IMG/VR virus record: IMGVR_UViG_3300031134_000612
Source: a virus
Taxonomy: Duplodnaviria; Heunggongvirae; Uroviricota; Caudoviricetes
DNA length: 46,645 nt
Direction: 5' to 3' (one strand)
Positions 9,876 to 20,449 of the stretch are shown here, piece after piece. The position numbers were made by a program, and so were the translations under genes. The notes below the pieces were generated by a model. The model was not told the DNA's origin. It saw nothing but the letters and a program-made list of their open reading frames with translations, and searched no databases. The first letter of the stretch is position 1; each line of letters starts with the position of its first letter.

Positions 9876-10787
9876 ATGTTTGAAATCTACCGTAATCATT
9901 GTGAAGCCAATTTTATTTTGAATACATTCAAAAATGACATTCAATTTGTGGCTTGCAAAGAAGACATACAACGTGATAGGCAAGATAGGGTTATTCAGAC
10001 TGTATACAGAGCCATCACTCCTGAAGGCGAAAGAAACCTTGAAGTTATCTTTCCATCACAACATGTGACAAAAGCAGATATCAAACATCACATAGGTACC
10101 TTATCATTTGTCAGTAAGGAACCAAAAGCTCCATGTCCTAATAAAATCAAAGAAGACAAATACCAGCTAGCGGATCTCTTTCGAAAAGTCTATTCACCCA
10201 ATCTTGATAAAGTGGTTGAACTGGTTAAATGGTTTATTGATGAAGGTGAAAAATCATCAGTTATTGATGTTGTTGAACAATACCATTATTCGAAAAAAAT
10301 TGAACAACATCTACTGGCTAATGAATATGATACTAAAATTACAATTACTGATGTTAACGTTTCTAAGGTTTACTTCAATAATATTTTGCAAAAGACTGAA
10401 AGTCATCTTAGGAAAAATTTTAAGACATCCTACATTAATGTTGATATCGTATGGTTAGTGCATTCAGACAATACTATGCATCCTTATTTTAATGTGAGAT
10501 TGCCTTATTTTGAAACCAAAAAAGTGAGTTGTATTATGCCATTGGAAGGCAGTGACAAAATCTATTTTTATTATAATAATAATGGACTTAGAATGGATTT
10601 TGTAGATACCCGAACTTTTTACGATATCGAAGAAACAAATATTCGTGCCATTTTTAAACAAATGTTCGAAAATGAAGTGAGAAATGTGCTTGTCAAAAAA
10701 CTAAAAATCAATAAATCTGAATTGAAAGATTTATCCCTTGAAGAATTAAAAGAGTATTACATTCTGGTCGAAATGACTGAAATCTAA
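9876..10787 (+). CDS. Paralogue family A, copy 1 (303 aa, unknown function)
   Basis: Shares IDIVWLVHSDNTMHPYF..RLPY and C-terminal ELKEY..LVEM..I with five downstream copies; SD GGAG. Confidence 0.8.
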   Translation: MFEIYRNHCEANFILNTFKNDIQFVACKEDIQRDRQDRVIQTVYRAITPEGERNLEVIFPSQHVTKADIKHHIGTLSFVSKEPKAPCPNKIKEDKYQLADLFRKVYSPNLDKVVELVKWFIDEGEKSSVIDVVEQYHYSKKIEQHLLANEYDTKITITDVNVSKVYFNNILQKTESHLRKNFKTSYINVDIVWLVHSDNTMHPYFNVRLPYFETKKVSCIMPLEGSDKIYFYYNNNGLRMDFVDTRTFYDIEETNIRAIFKQMFENEVRNVLVKKLKINKSELKDLSLEELKEYYILVEMTEI

Positions 10788-10810
10788 ATAATATTGAAAC
10801 TGGAGTTTTT

Positions 10811-11722
10811 ATGTCACAATCACCTTATTACAGTGCCACTCAATCATTCTTAAACCGATTTAAGGATCATTATTCATTTTTGAACTTTAATCGTTCAGAG
10901 GCGGTTGGGCTTGATAACAATCTTATTGCAACCGATTATGAATTCGAGATTGAACGATCTGAATGGAAATTTCAATTCACCTTTCGAAATAGAGAAAAGT
11001 CAAAAGAACTCAGTCAACAATATCAAACAAGTTTATCATTTCAACATCTTGGATATAGTCGTATTTTAAAAAATGAAGTCTATACATTTTGTAAAGATGT
11101 TAGCCAAAACATAAAAGAAGTGTACCAGCCCGACTTTAATATACCTATGAATGTAATCAATTGGTTTGTTGAAGAAGGCAAAAAAAACAATGCGATCCAT
11201 GAAGCTCAATTACTCTGTTATAATCCAGCATTGTACAGCCATATTGTTCGTGACAGTCAATGTCGTGAGCGAGCAAATTTTATTGAAAAAAAGGTGATGC
11301 AAATCACTCATGATACATTGGTTCAAAATGGTCAAGGATATCAAAATAGGTATTACAAAAAATCAATCATCAGAATTGAAATTGTATTCATGATTCACTC
11401 TGATAACACCATTCATCCGTATTTTAAATTAATACTGCCTTATAATGCAGATAAAAAAATCACCTGCTTATTCCCCTTTGAAAATAAAATAAAAGTTATC
11501 TTACTCGAAAAAGATAATGTGTTGAAAAAACAGTTTATTGATACCTTAACAGCATCTGTTTACAATGAGACTCAGTTTAAAACCTATTTTAATGAGTTCT
11601 TCAAAAAAGAAGTCGTAACAGGGATTGCCAAAAAACTGGAAATTGACAAATCAGAATTGGTAGATATACCAGACGATCAGTTAGATGAGTATTTGACTGT
11701 TGTAAACATGTTAAGGATTTAA
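10811..11722 (+). CDS. Paralogue family A, copy 2 (303 aa)
   Basis: IEIVFMIHSDNTIHPYFKLILPY motif; SD GGAG. Confidence 0.8.
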   Translation: MSQSPYYSATQSFLNRFKDHYSFLNFNRSEAVGLDNNLIATDYEFEIERSEWKFQFTFRNREKSKELSQQYQTSLSFQHLGYSRILKNEVYTFCKDVSQNIKEVYQPDFNIPMNVINWFVEEGKKNNAIHEAQLLCYNPALYSHIVRDSQCRERANFIEKKVMQITHDTLVQNGQGYQNRYYKKSIIRIEIVFMIHSDNTIHPYFKLILPYNADKKITCLFPFENKIKVILLEKDNVLKKQFIDTLTASVYNETQFKTYFNEFFKKEVVTGIAKKLEIDKSELVDIPDDQLDEYLTVVNMLRI

Positions 11723-11780
11723 ATAGTGGTAATCATGATTTTTTGTGATACCATTAAAAGATAAATAATAGGAGATTACT

Positions 11781-12704
11781 GTGTTTGAAAAAGGTTCCAA
11801 TCGTATAGAAATGAATAAAGTCGTTGAACAGTTTTCACCTGTCTTAAAATGTACACATTTTGAAGAAAGTGATGATCGAAATTATGCAGTCTTCAATTAC
11901 ATGGCGACGAATGACGATGGCTGGGGTATTTCTGCCTATTTTTCTGGATTTGATTTAACAACTACAACAGGACGATATTATTATCCACGCTTTGAATTTG
12001 AAAAAAATCAAGCAAAACGATTCAAACAGAAATTAAATAATTATACAGGTCAAGCTGATGATGCAATTCAAGCGGACAAGATTATGAATCACTTTCATGA
12101 TTTATATCAGCCTAACTTTGATAGAGCTTTCGAAGTGATTGATATCTTCTTGGAACAAGGCACTACTATGGGGATTTATAATAATGTTAAAAAAATGCCC
12201 CATGATAAACACAGCAGCAGTCAGTTTTATCGTTATGAAGATGACAGAGGCTATAACAGACTTTTCTTCAACAGTAAGGTATTTGCTAAAATAACCTTTA
12301 ACAATGTCTTGCAGACACTGAGATCCGGTGAAACCAAGTTCAAGAAATCTCATTTAAGTATTGATATCGTCTATTTAGTGAGTTCTGATGATACAATGAG
12401 TCCTTATTTTAAAATACGCTTACCGTATTCATCGCATAAGAAAATCAATTGCATTCTCTCATTTGATGGAGAAAAGATGTATCTCGCCAGCGAAGATGAA
12501 AATTTAAAGAAAGATTTTATTGATAACTTAACTTTATATCCAACGGATAAAGCTTCTTTGTCTTTATTCTTCAAAGAAGAATTCAAAAAGGAAATTATCA
12601 GTGTTATCGCTAAAACACTCAAAATCAAAAGGAAAGATTTAGTCAAACTCAGTGATGATGAATTAAGAAATCATTTCATACTCATAGAAATGATAAAATT
12701 GTAA
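11781..12704 (+). CDS. Paralogue family A, copy 3 (307 aa)
   Basis: IDIVYLVSSDDTMSPYFKIRLPY motif; GTG start with SD AGGAG. Confidence 0.8.
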   Translation: MFEKGSNRIEMNKVVEQFSPVLKCTHFEESDDRNYAVFNYMATNDDGWGISAYFSGFDLTTTTGRYYYPRFEFEKNQAKRFKQKLNNYTGQADDAIQADKIMNHFHDLYQPNFDRAFEVIDIFLEQGTTMGIYNNVKKMPHDKHSSSQFYRYEDDRGYNRLFFNSKVFAKITFNNVLQTLRSGETKFKKSHLSIDIVYLVSSDDTMSPYFKIRLPYSSHKKINCILSFDGEKMYLASEDENLKKDFIDNLTLYPTDKASLSLFFKEEFKKEIISVIAKTLKIKRKDLVKLSDDELRNHFILIEMIKL

Positions 12705-12775
12705 GAAAAAAACATAAAAGACTTCCAGCAAGTCTTTTTTTATGGTATACTTTTTAAATATTTTTGGAGTATATT

Positions 12776-13705
12776 ATGTTTCCTACTACTTATCCGAACC
12801 ACCTAGAAGCCAATTATATTGCCGCTTCATTCTCAAAGTTTTTTAACTTCGTTGAATTCAATGTCAACGTAACAGTTCAAGAAAAACTTAAAACCTGTGT
12901 CACCACCTATACGGCCAAAGGCAATGATAATTGGGATCTAATTATCGAATTCTGCAATGACCTTAGCACTGACGCCAGCGAGAAACAATATTCGGCTAAC
13001 ATAAAATTTCATAGATGTGGAGAACGCTCTAAAAATTATGATGACTCATTGGTAAGAGAAAGAAGAAAAAAATATAAAGATCTACTGACTTATATGACAA
13101 CGCTTTATAATCCTAATTTTGATAATATGGTTAATGTTCTACAACTATTCTTTGCTCGTGGAGTTTCTGCTGGTTTATTTAAGACACTAACAGAAAGAAA
13201 ATACCAAAAAATTATCAAATCACATTTTAAAATCAATCATTATCATGGTTCAATTCATCGGTCTGATAATAATTATGGTACCATTTCTTTTAATAATCTA
13301 ATCCAAAAAGGGACACAAGGTTACAATGGGATTTATTTTAAAGATTCATACATGAGTGTCAGTATAGAATACCTTGTCCATTCAGATAACACGGTTCATC
13401 CTTATTTTAGAATACGCATCCCCTATTCATCTACCAGAAAAGGCACTTGCATTATGCCATTGTCGGGTGAGCCAATCATTTACTTCATGCCAAATGATGA
13501 CCGCCTTAAAAAAGGTTGTATTGATCAAATGACTTCAATGTCTAATGATGAAGCTACATTAACAGCATTCTTTGATGTAGAATTTAATAAATCAGTAAAA
13601 AATGCCATCTCATCAACGTTGAATATCAGTAAATCTGAATTATCTGGTTTATCTACTGATGAGTTAAAAGAATATTTTCTTATTGTAGAAATGCTTAAAG
13701 TTTAA
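12776..13705 (+). CDS. Paralogue family A, copy 4 (309 aa)
   Basis: IEYLVHSDNTVHPYFRIRIPY motif; ATG at 12776 follows SD GGAG. Confidence 0.8.
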   Translation: MFPTTYPNHLEANYIAASFSKFFNFVEFNVNVTVQEKLKTCVTTYTAKGNDNWDLIIEFCNDLSTDASEKQYSANIKFHRCGERSKNYDDSLVRERRKKYKDLLTYMTTLYNPNFDNMVNVLQLFFARGVSAGLFKTLTERKYQKIIKSHFKINHYHGSIHRSDNNYGTISFNNLIQKGTQGYNGIYFKDSYMSVSIEYLVHSDNTVHPYFRIRIPYSSTRKGTCIMPLSGEPIIYFMPNDDRLKKGCIDQMTSMSNDEATLTAFFDVEFNKSVKNAISSTLNISKSELSGLSTDELKEYFLIVEMLKV

Positions 13706-13721
13706 TTGTCGGAGACTATGA

Positions 13722-14645
13722 ATGTTTACAACACATAAAAATTATGAAGAAGCGAATAGTATTTTAAAAATATTTAAACCAATTGTTAATTATCATAAAT
13801 ACACCGATGATCATTACAGTGCATTCAGTTCTTATTTTTCAACTAAATACGTTGCAACTTTAGATAATGAATGGCAATTGATTACACATTTTTATGGCAA
13901 AAAAGAAGGTAAGTCTCCTAGAAAACAATATGCCCCACTCGTTGAATTTCAAAAAGATACAAAAGCAAAAATGACCCAATATACTGCCACATCTAATCAG
14001 GAAAGATTAACACTAAGTCAAACAATTGCAGAATTCCTACAAACTACCTACCAGCCGGATTTTGATAGCGTTCTTAAAGTAATTGAATACTTTATAGAAG
14101 AAGGTGTAAGCTCTGGACTATTTAATCATGTAGATACAAGAGAATATAAAAAAAATATGAGTGCTCATATGCACATCAATCATTATCATGGAATTATTTC
14201 ATTATGGAATCAAAACCATTCTAATATTACTTTTAACAATGTTCTTCAAAAAGGTGCTGGACGTAATGGAAAGCATTTTAAGAAATCATTTTTGAGCGTA
14301 GATATCATATTCTTAGCCAATTCGAAAAGTGAAGTGGAGCCTTATTTCAAAATAAAGTTACCCAAATCATCAACCAGTAAAATTATTCTACTCACGCCAT
14401 TGTCAGGTGGAAATAAAATATATCAAGTCAGTAACGATGATACCTTAATCTACAAGCCTATTGATAAAATCGTTGGCATGACGATAAATCAAAAAAACTT
14501 ATCCAACTTATTTAAAGATACGCTTCAAGATGAAATCAAAAAGAGCATTTCTAAAACTTTAAAAATTAAAAAAACTGAATTAGATAAATTGTCTGCAGAA
14601 GAATTGAAAGACTATTTTGTGTTGGTAGAAATGGTTAAAATATAA
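13722..14645 (+). CDS. Paralogue family A, copy 5 (307 aa)
   Basis: VDIIFLANSKSEVEPYFKIKLP motif; SD GGAG. Confidence 0.8.
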   Translation: MFTTHKNYEEANSILKIFKPIVNYHKYTDDHYSAFSSYFSTKYVATLDNEWQLITHFYGKKEGKSPRKQYAPLVEFQKDTKAKMTQYTATSNQERLTLSQTIAEFLQTTYQPDFDSVLKVIEYFIEEGVSSGLFNHVDTREYKKNMSAHMHINHYHGIISLWNQNHSNITFNNVLQKGAGRNGKHFKKSFLSVDIIFLANSKSEVEPYFKIKLPKSSTSKIILLTPLSGGNKIYQVSNDDTLIYKPIDKIVGMTINQKNLSNLFKDTLQDEIKKSISKTLKIKKTELDKLSAEELKDYFVLVEMVKI

Positions 14646-14705
14646 TTATCTGGTACTTTCTGTCTCCATCTGTTATAATAACCGATAACTTTTGGAGACT
14701 AATTC

Positions 14706-15617
14706 ATGTTTAAACAATTCTTGAACGCCACTGAGGCTAATCATTTCGCCAAATCGTTGTCGCCATTTTTCAAATGGAAAGAATATCATGAAGAAAAACA
14801 AAACAACTATCCTAGCTTTACAGGTAAAACGATCTACAGTGCTAAAAATGAAGATCGTAGTTGGGAATTAAACATAGCTTTCAGTAATAGAGACAGAACG
14901 AACAACGGTCTGGACATGAAACACTATTATCCAGAAATTACCTTCAAGCCAAGCACCGTATCAATGACCAGTCTTATTAAAGAAAAATTAGTTAAACTGA
15001 GTGAGTTCTTAGAAACAAAGTATGCACCAGACTATGAACAAATAACAAAAATCGTTGATAGCTTTGTTGCAAAAGGTATTGAGTCAGGTCTTCTTCGTTG
15101 CGTTGCTCATAAAAAATATGAGAAAAAAATAATCACGAACTTTGGTATGAATAGATATTCAAGTCAACTCGAATTCAAAGACAAAAATATTGGAACGGTC
15201 AGCTTTAACAATATCCTGCAGAAAGGCAGTGGGAAATATTCAGACTATTTCAAAAAGTCATTTATCAATGTTGAAATAATTCATTTGGTGCAACCAGATG
15301 ATACCATACAGCCTTTTTTCATGATCAAGCTACCCTATTCAGCTAACAATAAAATAACCTGCGTAATCCCACTAAATAATGCAGACAAGTTCTATTTTGC
15401 AGCCACAGAAGAACCGTTGAAGACGGGGTATATTAGAAAACTGAATACGGTCAATATGAATACAGCCGATTTGAATGAATACTTTGGCAGGCTGTTCAGA
15501 ACAGAAGTCACAAATGTCATTGCTGAAACTTTGAAAATCAGATTGAATGATCTTTATTCATTAACAACCGAAGAATTGAAAGAACATTTCATTCTTGTCG
15601 AAATGATGAAAATTTAA
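14706..15617 (+). CDS. Paralogue family A, copy 6 (303 aa)
   Basis: VEIIHLVQPDDTIQPFFMIKLPY motif; SD GGAG. Confidence 0.8.
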   Translation: MFKQFLNATEANHFAKSLSPFFKWKEYHEEKQNNYPSFTGKTIYSAKNEDRSWELNIAFSNRDRTNNGLDMKHYYPEITFKPSTVSMTSLIKEKLVKLSEFLETKYAPDYEQITKIVDSFVAKGIESGLLRCVAHKKYEKKIITNFGMNRYSSQLEFKDKNIGTVSFNNILQKGSGKYSDYFKKSFINVEIIHLVQPDDTIQPFFMIKLPYSANNKITCVIPLNNADKFYFAATEEPLKTGYIRKLNTVNMNTADLNEYFGRLFRTEVTNVIAETLKIRLNDLYSLTTEELKEHFILVEMMKI

Positions 15618-15692
15618 AAAAGATAAACTAAAAAAAGCAGTAGGATATTTTGAGACAATATGGTATAATCGGCTATTAAACATGAGGAACAC

Positions 15693-16382
15693 TTGATGAA
15701 GAATTGTGCAATTACTGGTAAACATTTCTATGACGATGATAGTGCTATTTTGATTCCTATCTTGATTAAGAAACATCAAGTCGAATCTTTTACAACCAAT
15801 GATAACGTCATGCCATTTCCTATTGCAGTACCTATTGAATATGGCTACGAAGATTATTACTTCAAAGAGAAAGAAAGACTGAATATTATGTTGAGCATGG
15901 TGTCTGCTATTATGGGACGGGATATTGATACTGATGAATTTCCATCTATGCGTGGAAAAGAAAAAGAAGTTATTTACCGTGACAAAGAATGTTATATTGA
16001 TACGTTCATCTGTCATGAATCAGCCTTTAACCTGATATTGAATGATTTTAAAATGCCAACACGTTACAATGAAGATAAAACAACCAACAGCTTTGAAGAC
16101 TTTAAAGCTGGTTTCACAAAATACATCAACACCAATTCAATTTCTACCTTACTAAGAAAGAGTGACCCAACTAAACCATTGAGTGAAATTCTCCCAGTTG
16201 ATGTGGCTTCTGGTTATATTATCCCATCAAACTTTGATGAATCGTATATTGATTACCTAGCTGAAATCCGGTTTATCGATTATTTCTTGAATATGGTCGG
16301 TAAGGAATGGAAGAAATCCATGACGGTTCCCTATCTTGAAGATTGTGAAGACGCATTCCAGTTGCTAAAAGACATGTCCTAA
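15693..16382 (+). CDS. Hypothetical protein (229 aa)
   Basis: ORF with SD GAGG; followed by a terminator. Confidence 0.75.
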   Translation: MMKNCAITGKHFYDDDSAILIPILIKKHQVESFTTNDNVMPFPIAVPIEYGYEDYYFKEKERLNIMLSMVSAIMGRDIDTDEFPSMRGKEKEVIYRDKECYIDTFICHESAFNLILNDFKMPTRYNEDKTTNSFEDFKAGFTKYINTNSISTLLRKSDPTKPLSEILPVDVASGYIIPSNFDESYIDYLAEIRFIDYFLNMVGKEWKKSMTVPYLEDCEDAFQLLKDMS

Positions 16383-16387
16383 GCAAG

Positions 16388-16413
16388 AAGTCCTCCTTTG
16401 AGGACTTTTTTTT
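16388..16413 (+). terminator. Intrinsic terminator
   Basis: AAGTCCTC-cttt-GAGGACTTTTTTTT. Confidence 0.8.
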
Positions 16414-16495
16414 ACAAATTTTTATGATTATTGATAATAATTCTTGATATTTATAATCTCTTAATGTTATAATAAAGAGCTTTTTATAGCATATT

Positions 16496-16930
16496 ATGGA
16501 GAATAACTACATGAGCAGACACCATTCATTTGTAAAAATAAATCAAGCTATTCAAGAAATAGAAAACACTATCAAATATAGCGATTTATGCGAATTTCAA
16601 GACGTTGAATGTGTATTGGTTTCATTAAAAAAGAAACTGAAAAATGAAGAACTATCAGAATCAGAGAATATGCTCACAAAAATGGCGATTGAAGCCTATG
16701 TTGAGACTCTTGATAAGAATAACTATCACTTATTGATTACTGGCGATGTATTCAGTGCTTTAACGCTGGTTGAGACGATTTTCCTAAAAGACAGTTTTAA
16801 GAAAATGAACCCAGACATTGATGTTGACTTTCCAGCTTTCTCATTAGAGGAAAGCTTCTACAAAAACGTTGCCATCATCGCAATACCAGAAAGGATTATT
16901 GATAATAACCGATTGAGAAAAGTTGGTTAA
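16496..16930 (+). CDS. Hypothetical protein (139-144 aa)
   Basis: ORF track; true start may be ATG 16511, after GGAG. Confidence 0.7.
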   Translation: MENNYMSRHHSFVKINQAIQEIENTIKYSDLCEFQDVECVLVSLKKKLKNEELSESENMLTKMAIEAYVETLDKNNYHLLITGDVFSALTLVETIFLKDSFKKMNPDIDVDFPAFSLEESFYKNVAIIAIPERIIDNNRLRKVG

Positions 16931-16951
16931 TCAATCATTCAGTAATAGTAA

Positions 16952-16980
16952 TTGCTAACGAAGGTCAGTTATGGTATACT
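16952..16980 (+). promoter_or_regulatory. Sigma70 promoter with extended -10
   Basis: TTGCTA-17 nt-TATACT, with TG-n before the -10. Confidence 0.6.
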
Positions 16981-17004
16981 TAGCCTTCAATTTGAGGGTT
17001 ATTT

Positions 17005-17664
17005 ATGTCAACTGGATTTTTTATTGTCGATGAAAAAGAAAATGATGAGCTAGCCATCGAAGATATGGTGTCAGCCATTGATAATATGACTCGAATGGTT
17101 TTACAAAGCGATTTTGTGGACAATTTCAAAAAGTCAGCTTTTGGTCATTACTTCAATGAATCGTTTTATGCTCAATCAAATTGGCAGTCAAAATTTGAAA
17201 AATCAACCCATGTGTGTGGTTTTACCCTTCTTATTTCTTTTGATTTCAGTGATATTAATTTTGACATCGACAATAATGAACTGGCTGACTATGCTCGCCA
17301 ATACAAAGACATCCAAGACATTGAAGAACTGACCTTTATTTTCGAATGTGCCTTTCATGACGTTAAATTAACCCAAGTTGAAAGAAAGGAAGATTTCTAC
17401 ATTGAAGTTGTCAGCTCAGTCAACAGTAGCACAAGAAAATACAATGTGGCTGACGTAGAAAGTATTGAGAAATTAAACAGTAAACTGTGGAATTCTCCTG
17501 ACTACTGCACCAATGTAAGAGAACGAGTGCTTTATTTCATTTTTGAAGATGATTACATCATTAAAAAATATGAAGTATCCCTTGAAACGCTTGTAAAAGA
17601 TTACAAAGGCATTCAAAAAATCATTAAAGACTACTTGTTGGTTGAAGCAATGAACAAGATTTAA
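17005..17664 (+). CDS. Hypothetical protein with C-terminal M-x-x-I motif (219 aa)
   Basis: ORF with SD GAGG; ends KDYLLVEAMNKI. Confidence 0.75.
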   Translation: MSTGFFIVDEKENDELAIEDMVSAIDNMTRMVLQSDFVDNFKKSAFGHYFNESFYAQSNWQSKFEKSTHVCGFTLLISFDFSDINFDIDNNELADYARQYKDIQDIEELTFIFECAFHDVKLTQVERKEDFYIEVVSSVNSSTRKYNVADVESIEKLNSKLWNSPDYCTNVRERVLYFIFEDDYIIKKYEVSLETLVKDYKGIQKIIKDYLLVEAMNKI

Positions 17665-17698
17665 AAACTAAAAATTCAATTAACTATTTTTACCATTA

Positions 17699-18874
17699 AT
17701 GTTTCATCATACAGGATTAAAATACATGACCACATCAAGACCCGTAAACTCACAAGATCTCATGTTTAAACTCTCAGAAGTGTTGTTTAGCACTGAGGTT
17801 GAACCTTTCATTCAAGTGTTGAATAAAACAGAAGCTAATGCCAGTTTTGAAATCGGTGTATCCCTTGAAGATTTTCGTAAAATGACGGATGAAGAACAAA
17901 ACGATCTTCTGGAAAAAGTAGCTGAACGTACCAAGAATCAAGTCAAACATGGGAAAATTGAATTCATGTTGGATGGTCAACATTATGAATTGCGTCATAA
18001 TACCCAAGAAAATAGCATTTTTCTTTCACATTATAAGAAACAAGAAGATAATGTCGTTGAAATTCAAGACATCTTGAAAAAGGCTGTTTCGAAAGATAAA
18101 GATACCTTTCTGCAGGATCTGGTGCAAGTAAGTCATGAATGCCCAATTGAGCAGTTCGTAGAAGAACGTGATTCTACTTATTGTGAACCATTCTATAACA
18201 ACATTATTGCTAGCCGAACCTTTCAATCGGTCAGCATCTATCTCAGTAACGAAGCATTGAAAATTTTCGAAAAGCTAAAACCATTGTTTAGCCCAGAAGA
18301 ACAAGCAGCTATTGAATCACGCATCACCACTAAATTTGCAATTCACACTCAACGTTTTGCAGATGAAATGATTGAGTTTTTCATGAATTGGATTCCAAAG
18401 TTGCAAGAAGGTCACTATACCGAAGCTAAACCAATGGTATTCAACGACCTTGATAATCATGCTTATTGTGTGAACAACACTCAATTCGTAATGATTGTAC
18501 AAGAATCACAAAACACTATTTTTGCCTATGTGTTCAACAAAGAAACATTGCAAATTAAGGTATGGACGTGTGCCGAGGTAACAAACAATGATTGTGAATA
18601 TGAAATGAACCGTTATACCACCTATCAAGATGTCATGAAAGAAATGGGTAATCCTTACAGTTATTACAACTTCCCAACAGAAATGCTGGGTGTAAGTTAT
18701 CCTAAATCCGCTCAGTATTTCTTGAACCATTTTGAAGATGAAAGCGAGTTCTTGATATTTGATTCTAACAAAGGCTTCCGAGTGAACACCTTTTATTCTG
18801 ATTCTATGGCAACCGATGTGCCTTTGCTAAACAGAATCGTAGACGAACTGCCAGAAGAAGAAGTTGAAGATTAA
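17699..18874 (+). CDS. Hypothetical acidic protein (up to 391 aa)
   Basis: Long ORF; start uncertain (17699/17726). Confidence 0.7.
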   Translation: MFHHTGLKYMTTSRPVNSQDLMFKLSEVLFSTEVEPFIQVLNKTEANASFEIGVSLEDFRKMTDEEQNDLLEKVAERTKNQVKHGKIEFMLDGQHYELRHNTQENSIFLSHYKKQEDNVVEIQDILKKAVSKDKDTFLQDLVQVSHECPIEQFVEERDSTYCEPFYNNIIASRTFQSVSIYLSNEALKIFEKLKPLFSPEEQAAIESRITTKFAIHTQRFADEMIEFFMNWIPKLQEGHYTEAKPMVFNDLDNHAYCVNNTQFVMIVQESQNTIFAYVFNKETLQIKVWTCAEVTNNDCEYEMNRYTTYQDVMKEMGNPYSYYNFPTEMLGVSYPKSAQYFLNHFEDESEFLIFDSNKGFRVNTFYSDSMATDVPLLNRIVDELPEEEVED

Positions 18875-18886
18875 TCGGGTACAAAG

Positions 18887-18914
18887 AAAAAGCTCCTAGA
18901 AAGGAGCTTTTTTT
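18887..18914. terminator. Bidirectional intrinsic terminator
   Basis: AAAAAGCTCCT-agaa-AGGAGCTTTTTTT between convergent genes. Confidence 0.8.
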
Positions 18915-18930
18915 ATAACTTATTTTTTGA

Positions 18931-19332
18931 TTAGAAAAAACTAATCACGTTGTAAACTTTGGGTTCAGTGATTTCAATCCCTTCAACTGCATTTTTCAGT
19001 ACAGTGCTGAGGTCATGCACCAGTGTCAAGAAATCACCCACTGGTTTACCTTGAACATAAGGAATACCAAAACCAAAGTACCAAGAACCACTTTCATCGC
19101 CATCAGCACCCGCCACGATTTCAATTTCACGCTCCTTGCAAAAAGCTTTCAGTTCTTTTGTCATGGATTTGGTAAACAAGTGATCATAGTCTTCACTGAG
19201 AATGTTAGGGAGGTCATCTGTATCATGTTCGATATCATGATGAGCCGCAATCACACTCAATGTGTTAGTCAAACTTTCCGCATCATTTTTCTGCCAACCA
19301 ATAACCAATACAGCACTGCGTTCTGTAGACAT
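18931..19332 (-). CDS. Hypothetical protein (133 aa)
   Basis: ORF with SD AGGAG and its own promoter. Confidence 0.75.
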   Translation of the reverse strand: MSTERSAVLVIGWQKNDAESLTNTLSVIAAHHDIEHDTDDLPNILSEDYDHLFTKSMTKELKAFCKEREIEIVAGADGDESGSWYFGFGIPYVQGKPVGDFLTLVHDLSTVLKNAVEGIEITEPKVYNVISFF

Positions 19333-19359
19333 GAGATAATCTCCTAAGATAAGATGGTT

Positions 19360-19388
19360 AGTATATCACAAATGGCTGTTTTTTGCAA
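19360..19388 (-). promoter_or_regulatory. Sigma70 promoter with extended -10
   Basis: TTGCAA-17 nt-TATACT with TGA. Confidence 0.6.
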
Positions 19389-19419
19389 TTATTATAATAA
19401 TCTTGATTTAAAAAGTAAT

Positions 19420-20328
19420 TTAATCGTTAGCTTCAACTAATAAATTATGAACTTTGAGATCTTTATTAATCTCAATCATAGTTAGATAACCTTGTTTGTT
19501 TTTCTTCATGCCATACACTGCACCAGTATCAATAAAGAATTGATTACCTAACAATAAAGGTTTCTTAACAGGCGTATGACCATGAAAGGTATAGGCTACA
19601 TTATCTATGTAACTTTTGTGACGTAACTTCTTTTTAAACTTTTCTAACACATAGCGAAATGAGAAAGATATCCCATGCTTGAGATAAGGTAATGTTTTCC
19701 GAGTGGTAATGATTCTATACAAAGTCGTTCTGTTCCATAAACCATCTTTCAAAAATTTGATATAGGCTTTTCTGGCGTATCCCACCCCATTCTTTTTCAA
19801 TTCCATGTAAATTCTTTTACGACTCCATAAGGCGTCACGAATGACTTTCCCAGAATCTTTAATAGAACTCATGTCATGAGACAAGTTGGCGTCATTGAGG
19901 TATTGTTTAAACTGGTTCCAATCATTAAACTTTTGGGGAACTTGTGCATGAACTAACCCAACCAGACCAATACTGGTTTCTATTTCAATCGCCAGTGGTA
20001 GTTTTTTTATGATGGTAAGGCACTTATCTTTCTCTTCGGGTGTTAGTGTATTATACCAATCCTTAGCATAGGCTAAATGCCCAGTTAATAACATGGTTTC
20101 ATGATTACCCAAGATAGCAAAAAACCAGTCTTCATTGTTTAAAGCTAAGACTTCTAATGATTTTGGCCCACGGTCGATTAAGTCACCTACTGAAAAGAGG
20201 CGATCAATATTTTTATCGAAGTTAACGGATGCTAACAGTTTAAACAACTGGTCATAAATACCATGAATATCACCAACGATAAAGTCTCGACCTTTTTCAT
20301 TTTTGCCAAATGAGTGTAATTGATACAT
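19420..20328 (-). CDS. Ser/Thr protein phosphatase, PphA/lambda NinI-like metallophosphoesterase
   Basis: GDIHG, GDLIDRG, GNHE, GHTP and IDTGA motifs. Confidence 0.88.
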   Translation of the reverse strand: MYQLHSFGKNEKGRDFIVGDIHGIYDQLFKLLASVNFDKNIDRLFSVGDLIDRGPKSLEVLALNNEDWFFAILGNHETMLLTGHLAYAKDWYNTLTPEEKDKCLTIIKKLPLAIEIETSIGLVGLVHAQVPQKFNDWNQFKQYLNDANLSHDMSSIKDSGKVIRDALWSRKRIYMELKKNGVGYARKAYIKFLKDGLWNRTTLYRIITTRKTLPYLKHGISFSFRYVLEKFKKKLRHKSYIDNVAYTFHGHTPVKKPLLLGNQFFIDTGAVYGMKKNKQGYLTMIEINKDLKVHNLLVEAND

Positions 20329-20421
20329 TAAACAAACCTTTTCTGAGTTTATTTTAATAGCTTATAGCAATTTTAAGGTTTGGTCTATGGTGGTATTTTG
20401 AAATGATAGTTTTGCAGGAAT

Positions 20422-20449
20422 AAAAAAAGAACAACACTAGGTTGTTCTT
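20422..20449 (-). terminator. Terminator closing the tRNA-array/endonuclease transcript
   Basis: Minus strand AAGAACAAC-loop-GTTGTTCTT followed by a T tract. Confidence 0.7.
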
